From the human T2T-CHM13v2.0 reference genome, Homo sapiens: a DNA stretch of 64,000 bases. Position numbers and translations under genes: made by a program. The DNA lies in assembly GCF_009914755.1 (NCBI RefSeq), contig NC_060926.1; one strand, given 5' to 3'. Below the pieces are notes generated by a model. The model did not search any database. It was given only the letters and a program-made list of their open reading frames with translations, and was not told the origin of the DNA. Position 1 is the stretch's first letter, and each line of letters starts with the position of its first letter. Below are positions 44,443 through 59,389 of the stretch, piece after piece.

Positions 44443-44859
44443 TTCAAACCAATTTAATTAAGCTCAGTAAGATGAATAGCTGAATTTTTACTGAGCACCT
44501 ACCTTACAGCATTGTGCTAGGTGTAAGAGATGCAACACTAAACAAAAACCGAACCACTTATTGTCCTATATAGTTTATTTGTTGTTCTTGTACTATATGT
44601 AAGACTAGAAAACCTGTGAATAATCCCTGAAAATGCTTACAATATGACCGTGTTTTATATTGATGGGTAAAGGAGGTAGTAGAGAGGACGCCACACAAGA
44701 ATCACAAACTGTAATACAAAACTAATATTAAAGGGTCAGTAGAATCACAGAGACATGCGGCTCATAGGCAGTAAAAATCTGTTTCAATAATTATCATAGG
44801 GAAGCAATTGTTCTTCGGGTCATCTCTCAGTTTACCGTCTTGTGTCTAGGATGATGGGC

Positions 44860-45140
44860 CACAGTCCCTTATGTGTAATCCTTTGGGCCAGATGTGTTTA
44901 GAACTCAGAATTTTGGAGATTTTAGAAAAGTAACACAATACATATACTGTGCATTACCTAACACCCACTCGTGGAACCTGGGGAACCTTGAAATAAATCA
45001 AACACATTCGTATTTATGCCATAAAATATATGAGAATCCACACTGTATGGCCTCATGTTGGTCAGATCTGCTTTGCCAAAAGCTTTGGGTTTTCAGAGAC
45101 TTTTGGATATTAGGGTGGCAGATGAAGTATTGTACACCTA
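44860..45140. mobile_element. Tigger-derived MITE (MER46-like)
   Basis: CAGTCCCTTAT...CCAGATGTGTTTAGAACTCAGAATTTT... and an inverted end TTTCAGAGACTTTTGGATATT... Confidence 0.5.
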
Positions 45141-47105
45141 CAACATACTATCCTATGAAAAAAAGAATCTACACTAAAATCTCCAAAAAAGATGTCAGAA
45201 CTTTCTTTGGTAAACCATTCCAGTTTTCTAGAACATGGATTTGCAGTGTGTAGAAGCTATGGGAGTTTGATTTCTGCATTTGTTTAAAAATTTGTTCTGC
45301 ATCGTTAGGTGTTGAGCAATGGCATGCTTGTGTTTTTAAACAAAAGTAGACTAGAATTAATTTTGTTTTGGGAATGTTTAAATCATTTCATCAGATATTT
45401 TGAGCTAATTAAGAATATTGCAACATTAGGATTAGAAATTTTGACTATAGAAAAAGAATGTTTTGCTTATGATCACTTAATAACGTGACTTGAGATTTCT
45501 GCTGAGTTTCAGTGTACCTACTGATAATATAAACAATTTAATAAAAAGTTAAGTAAAAAGATACTGAATCAAAGCAGGCAAAGCCTTCTGTTGCTTATAG
45601 TCATCCAGCTATTGCTTATCCAGTTTTATTTAACTTGTGAAAACCAGGGTAGAATTTACCGTAATGGAATGTTATTGATCTTAGTGGACTCTAGATTTTA
45701 ACAGATTGCTTTTTAATTTTGTAATTTAAGAAACAAACTTAGAACATTTTCACTGCAATTTCTCTAAGTGAATAGAGACCCTAAAAGAAATATTATTTCC
45801 AGGAAGCTGGAAGAATCTCCAAATGAAGTTATGACTGAAATAAACAGGATAAGAGGGAAAAAAAGGATAACCAGTGAGGTCACAGAGCTTTTCAAATGAA
45901 AGAACCATACCAGTGTTCTTAGCCAGGCACGTTATTCCTTCAGATATCTGATTTTACAAATTGACTTTGTTAATTTGTTTTATTGTTGAGTCCTTTCCTT
46001 GTTCGCAAAAGTATTCCAAGCAGTGCATATAAACACATGCAAAAATGTGAGGAGCACAGGAAGGAAATTAGGGAAGGCAGGGTGAAAGCTAGCACGTCAC
46101 CGTTTGTATTTAGCCTCCGATCTTACCAGGTTCCAAAGTGAAGAGAGAAGCACTCTCAGTTACATGAGAGTATTACCTCACTGAGGCCAGAGAGCACATT
46201 CTAGTCACTGTATCCACCCAGGCACAGCATGGTATGTCTTGGAGCAGGCAAGTGATATATGCTTGATATTATGAATATTTGTCAAATGAATCAAGATTTA
46301 TAGTGTCTTTAAGATGAAAAATAACAGTAGTGCTCTGTAGAAATTCAGCTTGTATTTAGCACTCAGACACTTCCCTCTGGCCTTTGTAAGGGGATGCTAT
46401 TTGTAGGGGCCAATGTCCCCAGTAACGTCGTTAAGAATAAGGGGGCAAATTGTATATGGGCTTTTCTTCATTTGCTCATTCATTATTAAACTGATTTGAT
46501 TGTTGAAGAAAACATTTATTGACTCAATTTGTTCCACAACATGTGGATTCTAAAAACCGTCTAGGAAAGGGAGAGTGTAATTAAACACATATGAAAACTT
46601 GTATGAGTTATGTGAATCTCCTTGCAGAGTGTTGCCGTTAACACTTAAAGAACATGTAGTTCATAGTAGGCACTTGGTAAATATTTATTGAAGGAACTAA
46701 TGAAGAGGTCATCAGGTAGATGGAAGAAAAAAGCATTCTAATCAGATGGGGAACAAGCAAAGATTTGAGGAGCTACTGGTGCTCCAGGAGGAAGGATGAT
46801 GTGTGTGTATTGGTGTGGGAGCAATGGGAACACCTGGTGAGAAATTAGTCTGGTTTGGTGAAATAGATTTAAATCAGATTTGCAGTGCTAGCAAAGGCAG
46901 TTTTATTTTATTGTGTTTTTTGCTTTTTAATTTTGTTTTATTATTTGTTTTTTAATTTCTTTGTCAGAAATGTGATCTCCACCTAAAGTGGAATATAAAG
47001 CTAATACATAGAAACACCGCTCATTTGACACACGTCATCTTACCAAGTACCCCTAATAATCCTCTGAAGCAGTATTCCCATTTTCCATATTAAAAAACAG
47101 AAATC

Positions 47106-47789
<684 letters not shown>

Positions 47790-48373
47790 AAAATCCTATT
47801 CTTAAGATTGGCAAGGAGGGAGAGTAGAGTATCTACATGGGGAGCAGACCTGCTACCTATTCTTTCCCCCAGGCTCATCTACTCTTGGACAATCACTCCA
47901 CAGTCCCTACTCAGCCCCTTTGCCTCCTCATTTAGACTTGGGAGCACAGGGAGGACAGGCTGAAAGTCTTAAACAAACATTTAACATTTAGGAAATTAAC
48001 ATTGTCGTTACCCATAAATTATTGTGAGTTGCCTTTAGTAGTGGGACCCCATGAAGATCCCTCTTTGCTTACCTCTGTCCTTCGTGTCACAGAGAAGATC
48101 TTTAACTCCTCCAACCATGAAGACCTTCAGAAGATGAAATTCCTGCCCAGGAGAGTGGATGCCCACAGAGACACTGGTTGTTTCATATTCTGCCTACTAA
48201 AGACTTATCTGTATTCAAGGTATTGGAGTACTCGTCATGGTGCCTGCCACTTGGTAGAGTCTTATGCATATTAGCTACTATTAGGCACCTCAGTTTACAT
48301 TTTTGACAATCAACTTCTTCTACAGTATTGATCCTGAGACATGATGCTTATTCTTGTGGCCCTGATGACTCAG

Positions 48374-48745
48374 TGTTTTATTCTGTTCTCACGCTGCTAT
48401 AAAGAACTGAACTACCAGAGACTGGGTAATTTATGAAGAAAAAAGGTTTAGTTGACTCACAGTACTGCAGGCTTAACAGGAAACATGACTGGGAAGCCTC
48501 AGGAAACTTAGAATCTTGGCGGAAGGCAAAGAGGAAGCAAGCATCTTCTTCACAATGTGGCAGGAAAAAGAGAGTGAAGTGGGAAGTGCTACACACTTTA
48601 AAACTATCAGATCTCATGAGAACTCACTCACTATCATGAGAGCAGCAAGGGGGAAATCCATCCCCATAATCCAATCACCTCCCACCAGGTCCCTCTTCCA
48701 ATCTGACATGAGATTTGGGTGGGGACACAAATCCAAACCATATCA
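48374..48745 (-). mobile_element. MSTA-like MaLR solo LTR
   Basis: GCTGCTATAAAGAAC...GACTGGGTAATTTAT ... GGGGACACAAATCCAAACCATATCA. Confidence 0.9.
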
Positions 48746-49049
48746 CTCAGTGTGATAACCTTATCAATGTAAAGATAGAGTCAATATTCCCATAAGGAAT
48801 AGATACATAGACTAGCAATGGAGCCGTTTTATTATAGGATTATTAGGAGTTGAGGTTGAGGCTTAACCAGCCCTTTCTATTGAAAGGCCCCTTTTCCTGG
48901 CCTTTCATTAAAAAAGAGAGAGAAAGGGAAGAGAGAACCTATGTCTCAGTTTGTAAATTTGTGAAGAACACCACAGCTGCTTAACAGCCTTCCTAGTGCA
49001 TGGACATTTTCTTAGGCTTCTAAGATTACTTGGGGAAGCAACACTGAAT

Positions 49050-49560
49050 GGCTGTTAAAATTCCTTAGGAATCATGGAAAACTAGAAGAGTTTCAAGTGA
49101 CAGGCAAATGTCCAATTTTCTGAAGAAAAAAGACACCTTTTACCTCCTCCATGGTAAGCTCCATTTCATGTCTTCATTAGCAAAAGTCTAATAAGGATTT
49201 GTTAAAAGATGGTTTGAAAACATCTGTACAGGAAACATGCACCCTGCTAAAATCCAGCTCTCCAGAGCTTAACAAGTACCAAGCTGGGCCAGATCAGCAC
49301 TGTTTCTTTTGGGGGTAGATTGCCAGTTGGATTGCTCAGGAGGTCATGTATTTGCATCTCAGCCAAGACTCCTAACACAAATTGATTTCTATTTTATTTC
49401 AGTGCCTGTTGTGTGCCAAGTCCTATGCTAAGCATTGAAAATTATCAAGCTAAAATGGCTCAGTTTTATGATAGCAAAAGTATTCTATTTTTCTCAATAG
49501 ATGAACACATATGAAAGGTTGGAAATTCTGAAGTTAATAAAATTAATGGCTGATTTAATG
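49050..49560 (+). mobile_element. L3/CR1 LINE RT fragment (a further 3' piece lies at ~50740-51230)
   Basis: GGCAAATGTCCAATTTTCTGAAGAAA resembles the CR1 ANV.PIFKKG motif; 50870-51080 resembles the L3 3' end. Confidence 0.55.
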
Positions 49561-50287
49561 TATTGAATACACATACCTAGTTCCTGAGGCAATGCCCCCC
49601 TAGGGAGTGGTCTTTCATGGCATTTATCCGGGCTCTTCCCTGTCCTATAAACACTCTAGCTACATTTTTATGGTGATGTTTATATATTTTTCATAAACCA
49701 AAAATGGTGAGAAAATGTTATTCATTGATGAACCTAGTCCAGAAAGATGATCCTTTTCTCTGACAAAGACCAAAATTGTGATAAATAGTAACAACAAAGT
49801 CTTATATTCTTTTCCCCTAATTAAAAAAAATCTACTTTTATATATGCATGTGTTAAAGATTTAGTATTATTGCATGGAATTTGAACCATAAACCATTGAA
49901 ATATAAATAAGATAAATAAAATCTTCCTATCCAACAGATTGCTCCTTCTTTCCAAACAACAACACTGTCACCTACAACCACAACTGTACAACCACTGCAA
50001 CCACAACCACACTAATCCAGGGAGGGGGCGTGTGGGGGAGCAGTAAAATGTGTACAGGATGACCAGAGCTCATTATTAAACCTCCATATATTTTGTTCTA
50101 ACAAATCTTTTTTTTACCCCCACTAGCTTATGAACTCCTCAAAGTCAGGGCCTATATATTGTAACCTCAATATCTGATAAAATGCCTGGACCCTCAAAAG
50201 TCCACAATAAGCACTTCTGAAGATGTATTCCCCTCCCCTGCAGAAAACTTAGTTTGCTCTAATATTGCATTAATTATAGAATAGCAT

Positions 50288-50740
50288 GTGTATTAAGTTT
50301 ATATTGCTACTATAACAAATTGTCCCCAAAGTAATGGCTTAAAACAATACAGATTTGCTATCCCACAGTTCCAGAGGCCAGAAATTCCACAGGGATCTCA
50401 CTGAGCTCAAATTTGTGGACAGGGCTCCATTCCTTCCTGAAGGCTCAAGGGGAGAATCTGTTTTCTTTCCTCTTCCTACTTCTAGATGCACTCTATATTC
50501 CTTGGCTTGTGGTCCCCTTCCTCTGTCTTGAAACCAGCAACTGTCTGACCCTTTTGCTGTGGTCACCTTTCTCTCTCTGGCCACTCCGCTAGGACAGGTT
50601 CCCGGGTTTTCATGTAAGGTTTCCTGTAATAAGATTGGGACCACTTGTGTAATCCAGGATATTGCCATGTAAAATAACATATTCATAGATTAGGATTAGG
50701 GCATGAACATTGTTGTGAGGCCATTATTACTCTTAGCCAG
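50288..50740 (-). mobile_element. MLT1C/D-like MaLR LTR
   Basis: ATTGCTACTATAACAAATT...GGCTTAAAACAATAC...CCTTGGCTTGTGG.CCC...GGATTAGG. Confidence 0.8.
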
Positions 50741-51244
50741 CATCCAGGTAAGAACGGCTAGAATATACCCAGAATATTTTACTATGTCTCACTTCAATCA
50801 AGCACTTGAAAATTGTAGGAAAAAACCAGAACGGAGAGGAGGAGGTCTGGAGTTATACCAATCTCAAGGCGTTTAAAGGAAGAGAGTGTTTGGCTTAGAA
50901 AAATATAGCTTAGACCTCTATATAGGGGTAGGGAAGGAGTGTGATTGATGAGGCGTGGGTGATGGCTATCTTTAAAATATCAGAAGGTTCTGTCACAGAC
51001 AGAGGATTGAAACTTGTGCTTCACAATCTCAAAGGACAGAATAGAATAAATATCTGGAAACTCCTAGGATGCAGCTTTTGGCAGAAAATCAGGCAGAGCT
51101 ATTATGGCTGTTACTGATGTCCTTAAATGCCACAGGCTGGAAATGTCATAGCTTGATGGTGTGGGAAGTCTTATAAAAAATATTTAAGCATTAGATGAGG
51201 GATTAGCTCAGATGACCCCTTAACTTAAATCTAATCCTTAATGA

Positions 51245-51576
<332 letters not shown>

Positions 51577-52589
51577 TTATTCATAGCTTTTGAATACCTC
51601 TGATTGCATATAGCTACATCCTAACAGGGCCCTTCATCTTTATTGAGAATCTTTTTGTTCTCACAGAATCCATTGTAAGGATCTATCCCATGCCACAAAA
51701 AAGAAGGCGTGAAGAAAGCTGGTAGAGTTGAGATGCCCCCTTGGAAGATTAAGTATTCCAGATTATTGTTGAGAATATAAAAACAATAACCAAAGGAACG
51801 GTGCAAGATTTTAAATGCACACAAATACTTAGAAAAATACTCTCCTCTGGCATATCAGACAGAAAAACAAAACAAACAAATAAGCTGTAAAGAGTTAAGC
51901 CTTGAAGAAAGTGTAGATTCATTGCTATTAGGTGGTCTGTGTGAGTATTAAGTATGATTCATATTTTGAGGAAGTGAGATATTTTAAAATGAAGGAAAAA
52001 GAAGTCGATCAGGTTATTTCATCTTAATTCAGGAAATAATACATTTTTGAGACTTTTTTCATCAGTCCACTTTGGGGATGATTATTTGGAATAACTTGTA
52101 TAAGACTCATGAGGCTGCTGCAGAAAGTGTTGTTTTTATGTCACTAGTGTATGCTGCATAAAAGCTCTTCTTTATACTTTCAACAATTATGTTACCATGA
52201 ACATTCTTGACCTTTTAAGTATACCTCTGAATGTTTAGATTATAAACGTGAACTGTACTGTGTTATGTTAGACTATTTGACCAAAAACGTATTTTCTACC
52301 ACAAAAAAAGTCCAAAAGGAATTAAGTTAATTACAACTTCAATTGTGTTCAAGATCGGTCTTTGTGGTTCTTTATATCTGTGATTTATATATCTTCAAAG
52401 AGAGTCTTAAGTGTCTTTGGGATTGTAATGGGCATTCTAGACTAAGAGGAGCTTGTTCAGACACAAGATTTGGGGCCAATGCTTTCAATGACTTCATAAC
52501 CATTCCATCTTCTTTCTACTTCTGTGGATTACCCAACAGCAATAATGATAATCTGAGCCAGTTCCTGATACTTCTCTCTATAGTCAAGA

Positions 52590-52735
52590 GAAGGTCAGCT
52601 ATTTTTTGATCCCCATGGGAGAAAGACAGCTCCTCAATCACTATCTTAAAATAGCCAGCAATTCTCAGCTGCTGGGCTGGAGTTCCTCCAGGGGCGAGCA
52701 AAGGGAATATGAATCTGCCGGTGGGGCGTGAGCGA
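52590..52735 (+). promoter_or_regulatory. TMEM182 proximal promoter with muscle-type motifs: MEF2-like CTTAAAATAG 52645-52654, E-box CAGCTG 52666-52671, KLF/SP GGGGCGTG 52723-52730
   Basis: Motifs read directly, 170-300 bp upstream of the ATG; TMEM182 is known to be enriched in striated muscle. Confidence 0.55.
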
Positions 52736-52897
52736 GAAGCCACCAAAACATGAGCTAGGACAGCCTTCTCAAGAAGATTCTGCCAACTCAAAAATATTAT
52801 TCTTTTTTTTTTTTTTTTGCTGTTGTTTCTGAGAAACTAGGTGTCTTACCATTTTAAAATTTCATATTTTATTTAAAAGGAAACCAGTGAATTGAAA

Positions 52898-53029
52898 ATG
52901 AGACTAAATATCGCTATCTTCTTTGGAGCTCTCTTTGGTGCTTTGGGGGTGTTACTCTTTTTGGTGGCTTTTGGATCGGATTATTGGCTTCTTGCAACTG
53001 AAGTGGGGAGATGTTCAGGTGAAAAGAAT
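52898..53029 (+). CDS. TMEM182: TMEM182 coding exon 1
   Basis: AAA ATG AGA; encodes [44 protein letters not shown] then gtgagt; 132 nt; TM1 followed by the conserved W of the claudin/PMP22 superfamily. Confidence 0.96.
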
Positions 53030-53266
53030 GTGAGTCTCTTCTTCAAAATAGTGATGCACATGGTAGTTATGAAGATACCCTTATGTATGCTCTTGAAATC
53101 AGAGAATAGTAGTGGAGTGTCTATTTCTTCATGGAAGAGATATGTAGAAAGCTACTGAGCTTCATTATTTGGGATAAAATACATGTCCTTAAAAATTTAC
53201 TGGCTGTAATGATTTTGATTATATTTCTTGTATTGATGGCAAGTTACTTCATTTTGTTCTGTGCAG

Positions 53267-53366
53267 ATAGAGAACGTCACTTTTCACCATGAAGGGTTCT
53301 TCTGGAGGTGTTGGTTTAATGGGATTGTGGAAGAGAATGACTCCAATATTTGGAAGTTCTGGTACA
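53267..53366 (+). CDS. TMEM182: TMEM182 coding exon 2
   Basis: tgtgcag|ATA GAG ... TAC A|gtaagt; 100 nt; encodes [33 protein letters not shown] (GLW-C-like signature). Confidence 0.96.
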
Positions 53367-55008
53367 GTAAGTACAATTTAGCTTTATTTTCCCTCTTGTC
53401 TGTAAAATAAAAATGAACAGTTTCTTACATAGTATATGTCACTTCTAGCGGACTGGATTGTGAGTTACAAAATCTCAATTAGATGTCTTTAAAAGGTTCA
53501 TCATGTAGAGATTCCTTTTCAGTAAGTAGACATGGCTATAGGAATAATTATTTTATCTTTTAGCATAAAACAGGAGTCTGAATATTTATGGCAAAACTGA
53601 ATTATCCATTGTTTCACTGCTCCTGTTTAGAATACACTAACTCTAACAAACAGGACAGGTATTGTCTATAGCATTTTTTCAAGTGTGTGAATACTATGTT
53701 GCAAATAAATAAGATTTTTTTGCTATCAGCCCTTGAAATCTCAAATGTAAAAATCCATAAATAGAGATGTATTATTTTATATTCATAACTTCAAAGTTAA
53801 CAGTATATTTTTTTTAAAAAAATCATGGAACTTAATTACCAGCCATGGCAGATGAAAGCTTATATTATTTGAGCTTTAACCAAGTTTGTTGGCACTATCA
53901 AGAAGTGCCTTGCTTTTGATGTTTGTGTTCTCATTGAAACTTTAAAGTTCTTTTTTAAGGTAGCATAACTTTTAAAAACTATAATGCATTTGTTCAACTC
54001 TATTCTTTATATTGAATTAATCTTTGAAAATCAATTTATTGAAAATAGCTAGCGCTTATTTCATTGTATTCAACAATGAAAGGGCTGTTTATTAGCCTAA
54101 AGCTTATTGAGAATTGAAATTATTAGTCTTCTTATCAAAAATCAAAGTATGGTATTTACATAATAGTCAGGATTATGGAATATTTAATAAAAATAGGAGG
54201 TCCCTGAAGACTTAAGCAAGCTGGTGATAAGTTGGCATATATAAGGAACAAAGTAGTGATGAAGCAGCGTTTTGAGGCAAGTACCTGATAGACTATCTTA
54301 CAGTGGATTTGGGGGCAGGAGAATAAGCATACAACTTGCCAGTGGAAATGGTTTAGACTTTAGTAAAGGGAAGTAAGTCAGACTGTGCAAGAGGAAGATT
54401 TTGCCAAAGACTTGGAGAAAGAAAGAATATTTCAATATTTCAGTCCACCTTAAAGTGTACATATAAAAATTTTAAGTTCTCAGACAACATAAAAGTGCCT
54501 TCTTGTGATGTTTTCAAATATTAAAAATTTATTTGAATTATTGTATAACTTATCATTTGCATTCTTCCCTAAAATAAAATGGATATAGAAGAATTTTTTT
54601 ATTAATTTGAACTAATCAAGGTTAAACTTAAGTTTATTAGATTTTTAAAACAATTATTTTTTATTCCCTACTGTGTGCTAGACACTGTTGGGTACTGGAG
54701 AGTATGTGAAAAAAGATGAAATGTGGTACCTTAAATCGTAAGGTGATATAAAGGGCATTTGCATTTATTCCATTGAATTATGTCATGTAGCTAGATGTTC
54801 TGGATGAATCCACCTTCGTCTCATGTGCATCTTGATATGAGTTTCCTAGAAGGCCTTCCTCCTCACAACAATTCGCTGAATTTGCTGATGGAACCAGTAG
54901 TTTTGTTTTGCTTGTGTAACCCTTGTGCTCTGTATTTCTGTTCCATTAAGGATGAGTCATGACTGAGCTTTTCAATAACAAGTGCCATTGTTTTGCTGTT
55001 CTTCCTAG

Positions 55009-55107
55009 CCAATCAGCCACCGTCCAAGAACTGCACACATGCTTACCTGTCTCCGTACCCCTTCATGAGAGGCGAGCACAACTCGACCTCCTATGACTCT
55101 GCAGTTA
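55009..55107 (+). CDS. TMEM182: TMEM182 coding exon 3 (gene continues beyond the window)
   Basis: cttcctag|CC AAT CAG ... GTT A|gtaagt; 99 nt, phase 1-1; encodes [32 protein letters not shown]. Confidence 0.95.
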
Positions 55108-55766
55108 GTAAGTACCCTCTGTCCTCAGCCTACTTCTAAAAGGGTCTTATCTTTCTGAAGGATGCCCAGATCAAAATTGTTGTGAGCAATTAAAAAAATA
55201 ATTTAAGACCTGTAATTTCAATATTTTTGATATCTGTTAGATTAAAAAATGTTATTTTTAATGTGCCATTTATAATTTTAAAGAACATAACTTTGATCTA
55301 AAAGTAAAGTCATTGTAATTTACTAGCTGCCTATAAAAGTATTTTTAAATGTGTTTTCCCATATGAAGATAGTAATATTTATTAAGAAGAACCGCTTCTT
55401 AAGGTTTTAACAGACCTAAAACGAGTCCTACAGTTGAGAATATTGTAATATACATCATACTTCTAAAACTTTATGTCATCATTACACATGAGAATATCAC
55501 AGATAAATATATAATATGTATACAATAAATATATATGATATAAATATGTAATTATGCTACTATATTTATACAAAATGACTGAACTCTGTGTGTGTAATAT
55601 CCCATAGGAGACAGACAGACAGATATCATTAACTTAAAATCACATTAAGAACATGAAATTTGTAATAACTTGCTAAGGGTTGATACAGACTATCAATGTC
55701 ATATATAGAACAAAAAAGTGTTTTTCAAAAATAGTAGCTATTATATTTAATGTTCTCAATAAATTA

Positions 55767-56256
55767 ATATTAGTCAGGGTTCTCCAGAAAAAAGAGAAAC
55801 AATAGAACACATAAATATATATTATATACACACATACATGTATATACATATGCATGTGCACATACACATACACACATAGAGAGTGAGAGAGAGTGATTGT
55901 AAGGCCTGGTGAGTCTGAAATCTACAGGGCAATTGGCAGGCTGGAGATTCAGGTCAGAGCTGATGTTGCAATCTCCAGTCTGAAGGCTGGACACTCCAGT
56001 AGAATTTTTCTTCTGCAATCTGGAAGCTGACTTTCTTTTTCCTCAGGACACCTGTTTTTTCTCTTTAAATCTTCAACTGATTGGATGAGGCCCGCTCATA
56101 GTATGGGGTAGGGGGTAATCTGCTCTACTCAAAGTCAAGGGATTATAAAAGCTAATTGCATCTAAAAATACCTTCACAGCAATATTAAGCTGGTATTTGA
56201 CCCAACAACTTGGCACCATAATCCAGCCTAGTGGATATATAACAATAACCATCACA
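55767..56256. mobile_element. MLT2 (ERV-L) LTR with an internal TA/CA/GA microsatellite
   Basis: TATTAGTCAGGGTTCTCCAGA...CAACTGATTGGATGAGGCCC...TAACCATCACA. Confidence 0.85.
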
Positions 56257-59085
56257 GAACTCAACACATCTTTACATGGAACTATTTTTCATCTTCCTGT
56301 TAAATATGTAATTCCATACATTATAATTTTTAGTTTTGTCAAAGAATGTAACATTTGCTTGTATTACATCATTAATAGGACACTTATAAAGAGGGTATGA
56401 GGTCTGGATAGGGAAAGAGGTGAGCTGACCCACAGCTGTGCTTGTCCACCAGGATTCCTTGGGTTCGAAGGACTGGGACCATTTTCCTTGAAAACATGTG
56501 TGGTATGGATGCTCCTTCCCATTAAAAACTGCAGAAGGCACCTCACTCACATTTGTCAAAACCTTTGTGTCATGTCTAATGGACTTAGAAGTATACAAGC
56601 CTACCTGTCACTAGTAAGGGAAGAGATGGATGGCATAGGAAAGAATAGGAGAAACTCTTTTGTTTTACAGACAAGCTAGAAAATGATGCTCCTTCCCCAA
56701 CATTCTTACTTTTATAAAATGAACTGAAAAGTAATACAAGGTTGGCTTTCCAGAACATTAGGTATTAGCATAAATACTAGTATTGTTGTTATTCATATAA
56801 TGAGGTCCTGTGATAAGATAGGTATTGTAGGCACTGTATATTTAAAAATGATCCCATATTTGAAAAGCCTGCACTTCAAGGAGATAGTGGAGAACTTGAA
56901 AAACAAAGTAACATAATCTGTGCATGATAATTATGATGGAGATGGATTGTAAATACATGTCAGAAAAATTATACTGCAGTTACACTTAAAATTATTATGT
57001 AGCACTGCATTTAATTAGTGTGTCACTTTTTTGATCTAGTGACAAAACCAAATCCAATTTTTTTAAATTATCAAATTCCTCATTGGCACACGTATTGGAA
57101 CTCATTTACTTTCAGAAACTTTGTCAATCACTTTAGGTAGAAATGATTGAGATGTGCAAAGATGTGTTCTACAACAGAAATACTATACACAAGTTTCACT
57201 CATCTCCATAATAATATACAAGGAAATTTGATATTATCTTTGTTAAATTTGGGGTTTTTTTGTTTCTTTCCTGTATCCAAGAGAAAGGTATAGATTTCAT
57301 TGGAAGCTTTGTACCTGACTTTTCAGTATGGTTTCCTAGTTAATGAGACTATGTATACTTCACTATGCTTTAGAGCTACTATTAAGTTTCATGTAGCTTC
57401 ACAATTACCCAACATCAGATACTTGCCAGGTCACCTTTGGTAAATTGAAAGTATCATTTATAAATTCTGATGTATTGTGGCCTGGCAAATTGTTGGTGAA
57501 ATGGCTTTATAGTGTCCTGAGTTTTTACAATTGCAGTTAGCCAATATTGAATTCAGTGAAAATAATATAGTGGTGTATGATTTTTCTGGAGTAACAATTT
57601 TAGAATTATAGGACACTACCGATGAAATTATCCTTTTATAATAAGGAGACTGGGAATCAGAGAAATCATGTGACTCTGTCTTCATACAGCTGCTTATTGG
57701 CAGAGCCAGTGCAAAGAACCAAGTCTCTGGCTTTTGTTTCATCGATAATCTACTAAACTACAATGAATGAAAAGGCTAATTGTAGTGCATACTATTAAAA
57801 ATATGTCTTTAATTTGTATCTTAACAAAAGAACAAATTAAACTTACATTGGCTCTTTCTACCTTTATATTCAATTCTGACTTGTGTGTATGATCAGGTCT
57901 AATTCAGTGTTTTCTTTCTTTTAAAAGAATCTCAAATACATATTCTGAAATTCAATTATCCTCAAATCTAGTTATTTGAATGACTGGCCAGGCCTGGTGA
58001 GGGTGGTCTAATTCACAGAATTGCTTTTGAGGTAGGCTTGTGTACTTCTAAGTGCATTAAACAATTCTATTACCTTTGGAGAGTTGTCAGAGTCTAGATT
58101 TTCTGGTTTGTTTCATGTTTACATTCAGTCACAGTTCACTTGTTTGGTATCATTTGGCAACGATGTACTGAACATAAATGAATTTTCAAGACAATTCAAC
58201 CCTGAGAGAATTAATTTTTTGCCTTCTCAGTGTCCCCATAGCCTTTGATGACCCCTCTATCAGAGTGCTCGTTATGCTTAACTGGAATTGTTTGTTTACT
58301 TCAGTTCCTTCATTATTTATTTGAGCTCTCCAAAGCATAGTTCCTGGTAATTACTAGATGCTTAAAAATATGTCTAGAATGACTTTATGCAAAATTACAG
58401 TTACTATTTTCTGCAATAAACTAGTTTGATTTTATTTTTCCAAGTGGAAATGTTTAGAAACTCAATTGCATACTTTTAGTTTCTTCTGAAGCAGAATGCA
58501 ATGAACACAATTTCATCTTTTCTTGATGAGTGGGAACAAATATATACTTATGGGGGTGAGCCATCTGACCTTCTTTAAGGTCCTCCATCTCAGTATCTGT
58601 CCCCTTGCCCCAGGACCTGCCCTAAACTTCCCCAAATGCTGTTCCTCTCTTCCTTCCTCCTCCTCTGTTCATTTTTCTAACAGAGCGGGTTTATCTCCAG
58701 CTAGTTCAAACTTCAGTTTCCCAAGGAAGACTTCCTTACCTGCCCCTACGCCACTGGTACATGCACTGGGCCATGCTCTCCTTTATAAAACCCAGTCTTT
58801 AATTTGATAATTCATAGCACAGTTTTAAATTATTTACTCATGTAATTATCTTGTTCATATACTTTTTTTCTAGTTCAATTCTAAGCTCCATGAGAGTGGG
58901 AGTCTTGTATGTTTGACTCACTATTTTATCCACTGTAGACCAAAAGCTGAATGCATATTTTGGGGAGACTTCATTATTACACTGTACTGTGGTATTAATA
59001 CTGATGCCCTAAGTCACTATTGATGTGCAGAATTTCTTTAGCTCTTTACTAAATGGACCTACACAACTCTTTAAAAAATTTGTTT

Positions 59086-59389
<304 letters not shown>

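Noticed and set aside
49955-50040. CAACCA-rich stretch with repeated AACCACA (RUNX-like) motifs and a G-rich patch
   Set aside because: Best explained as a decayed simple repeat; motif matches follow from its composition
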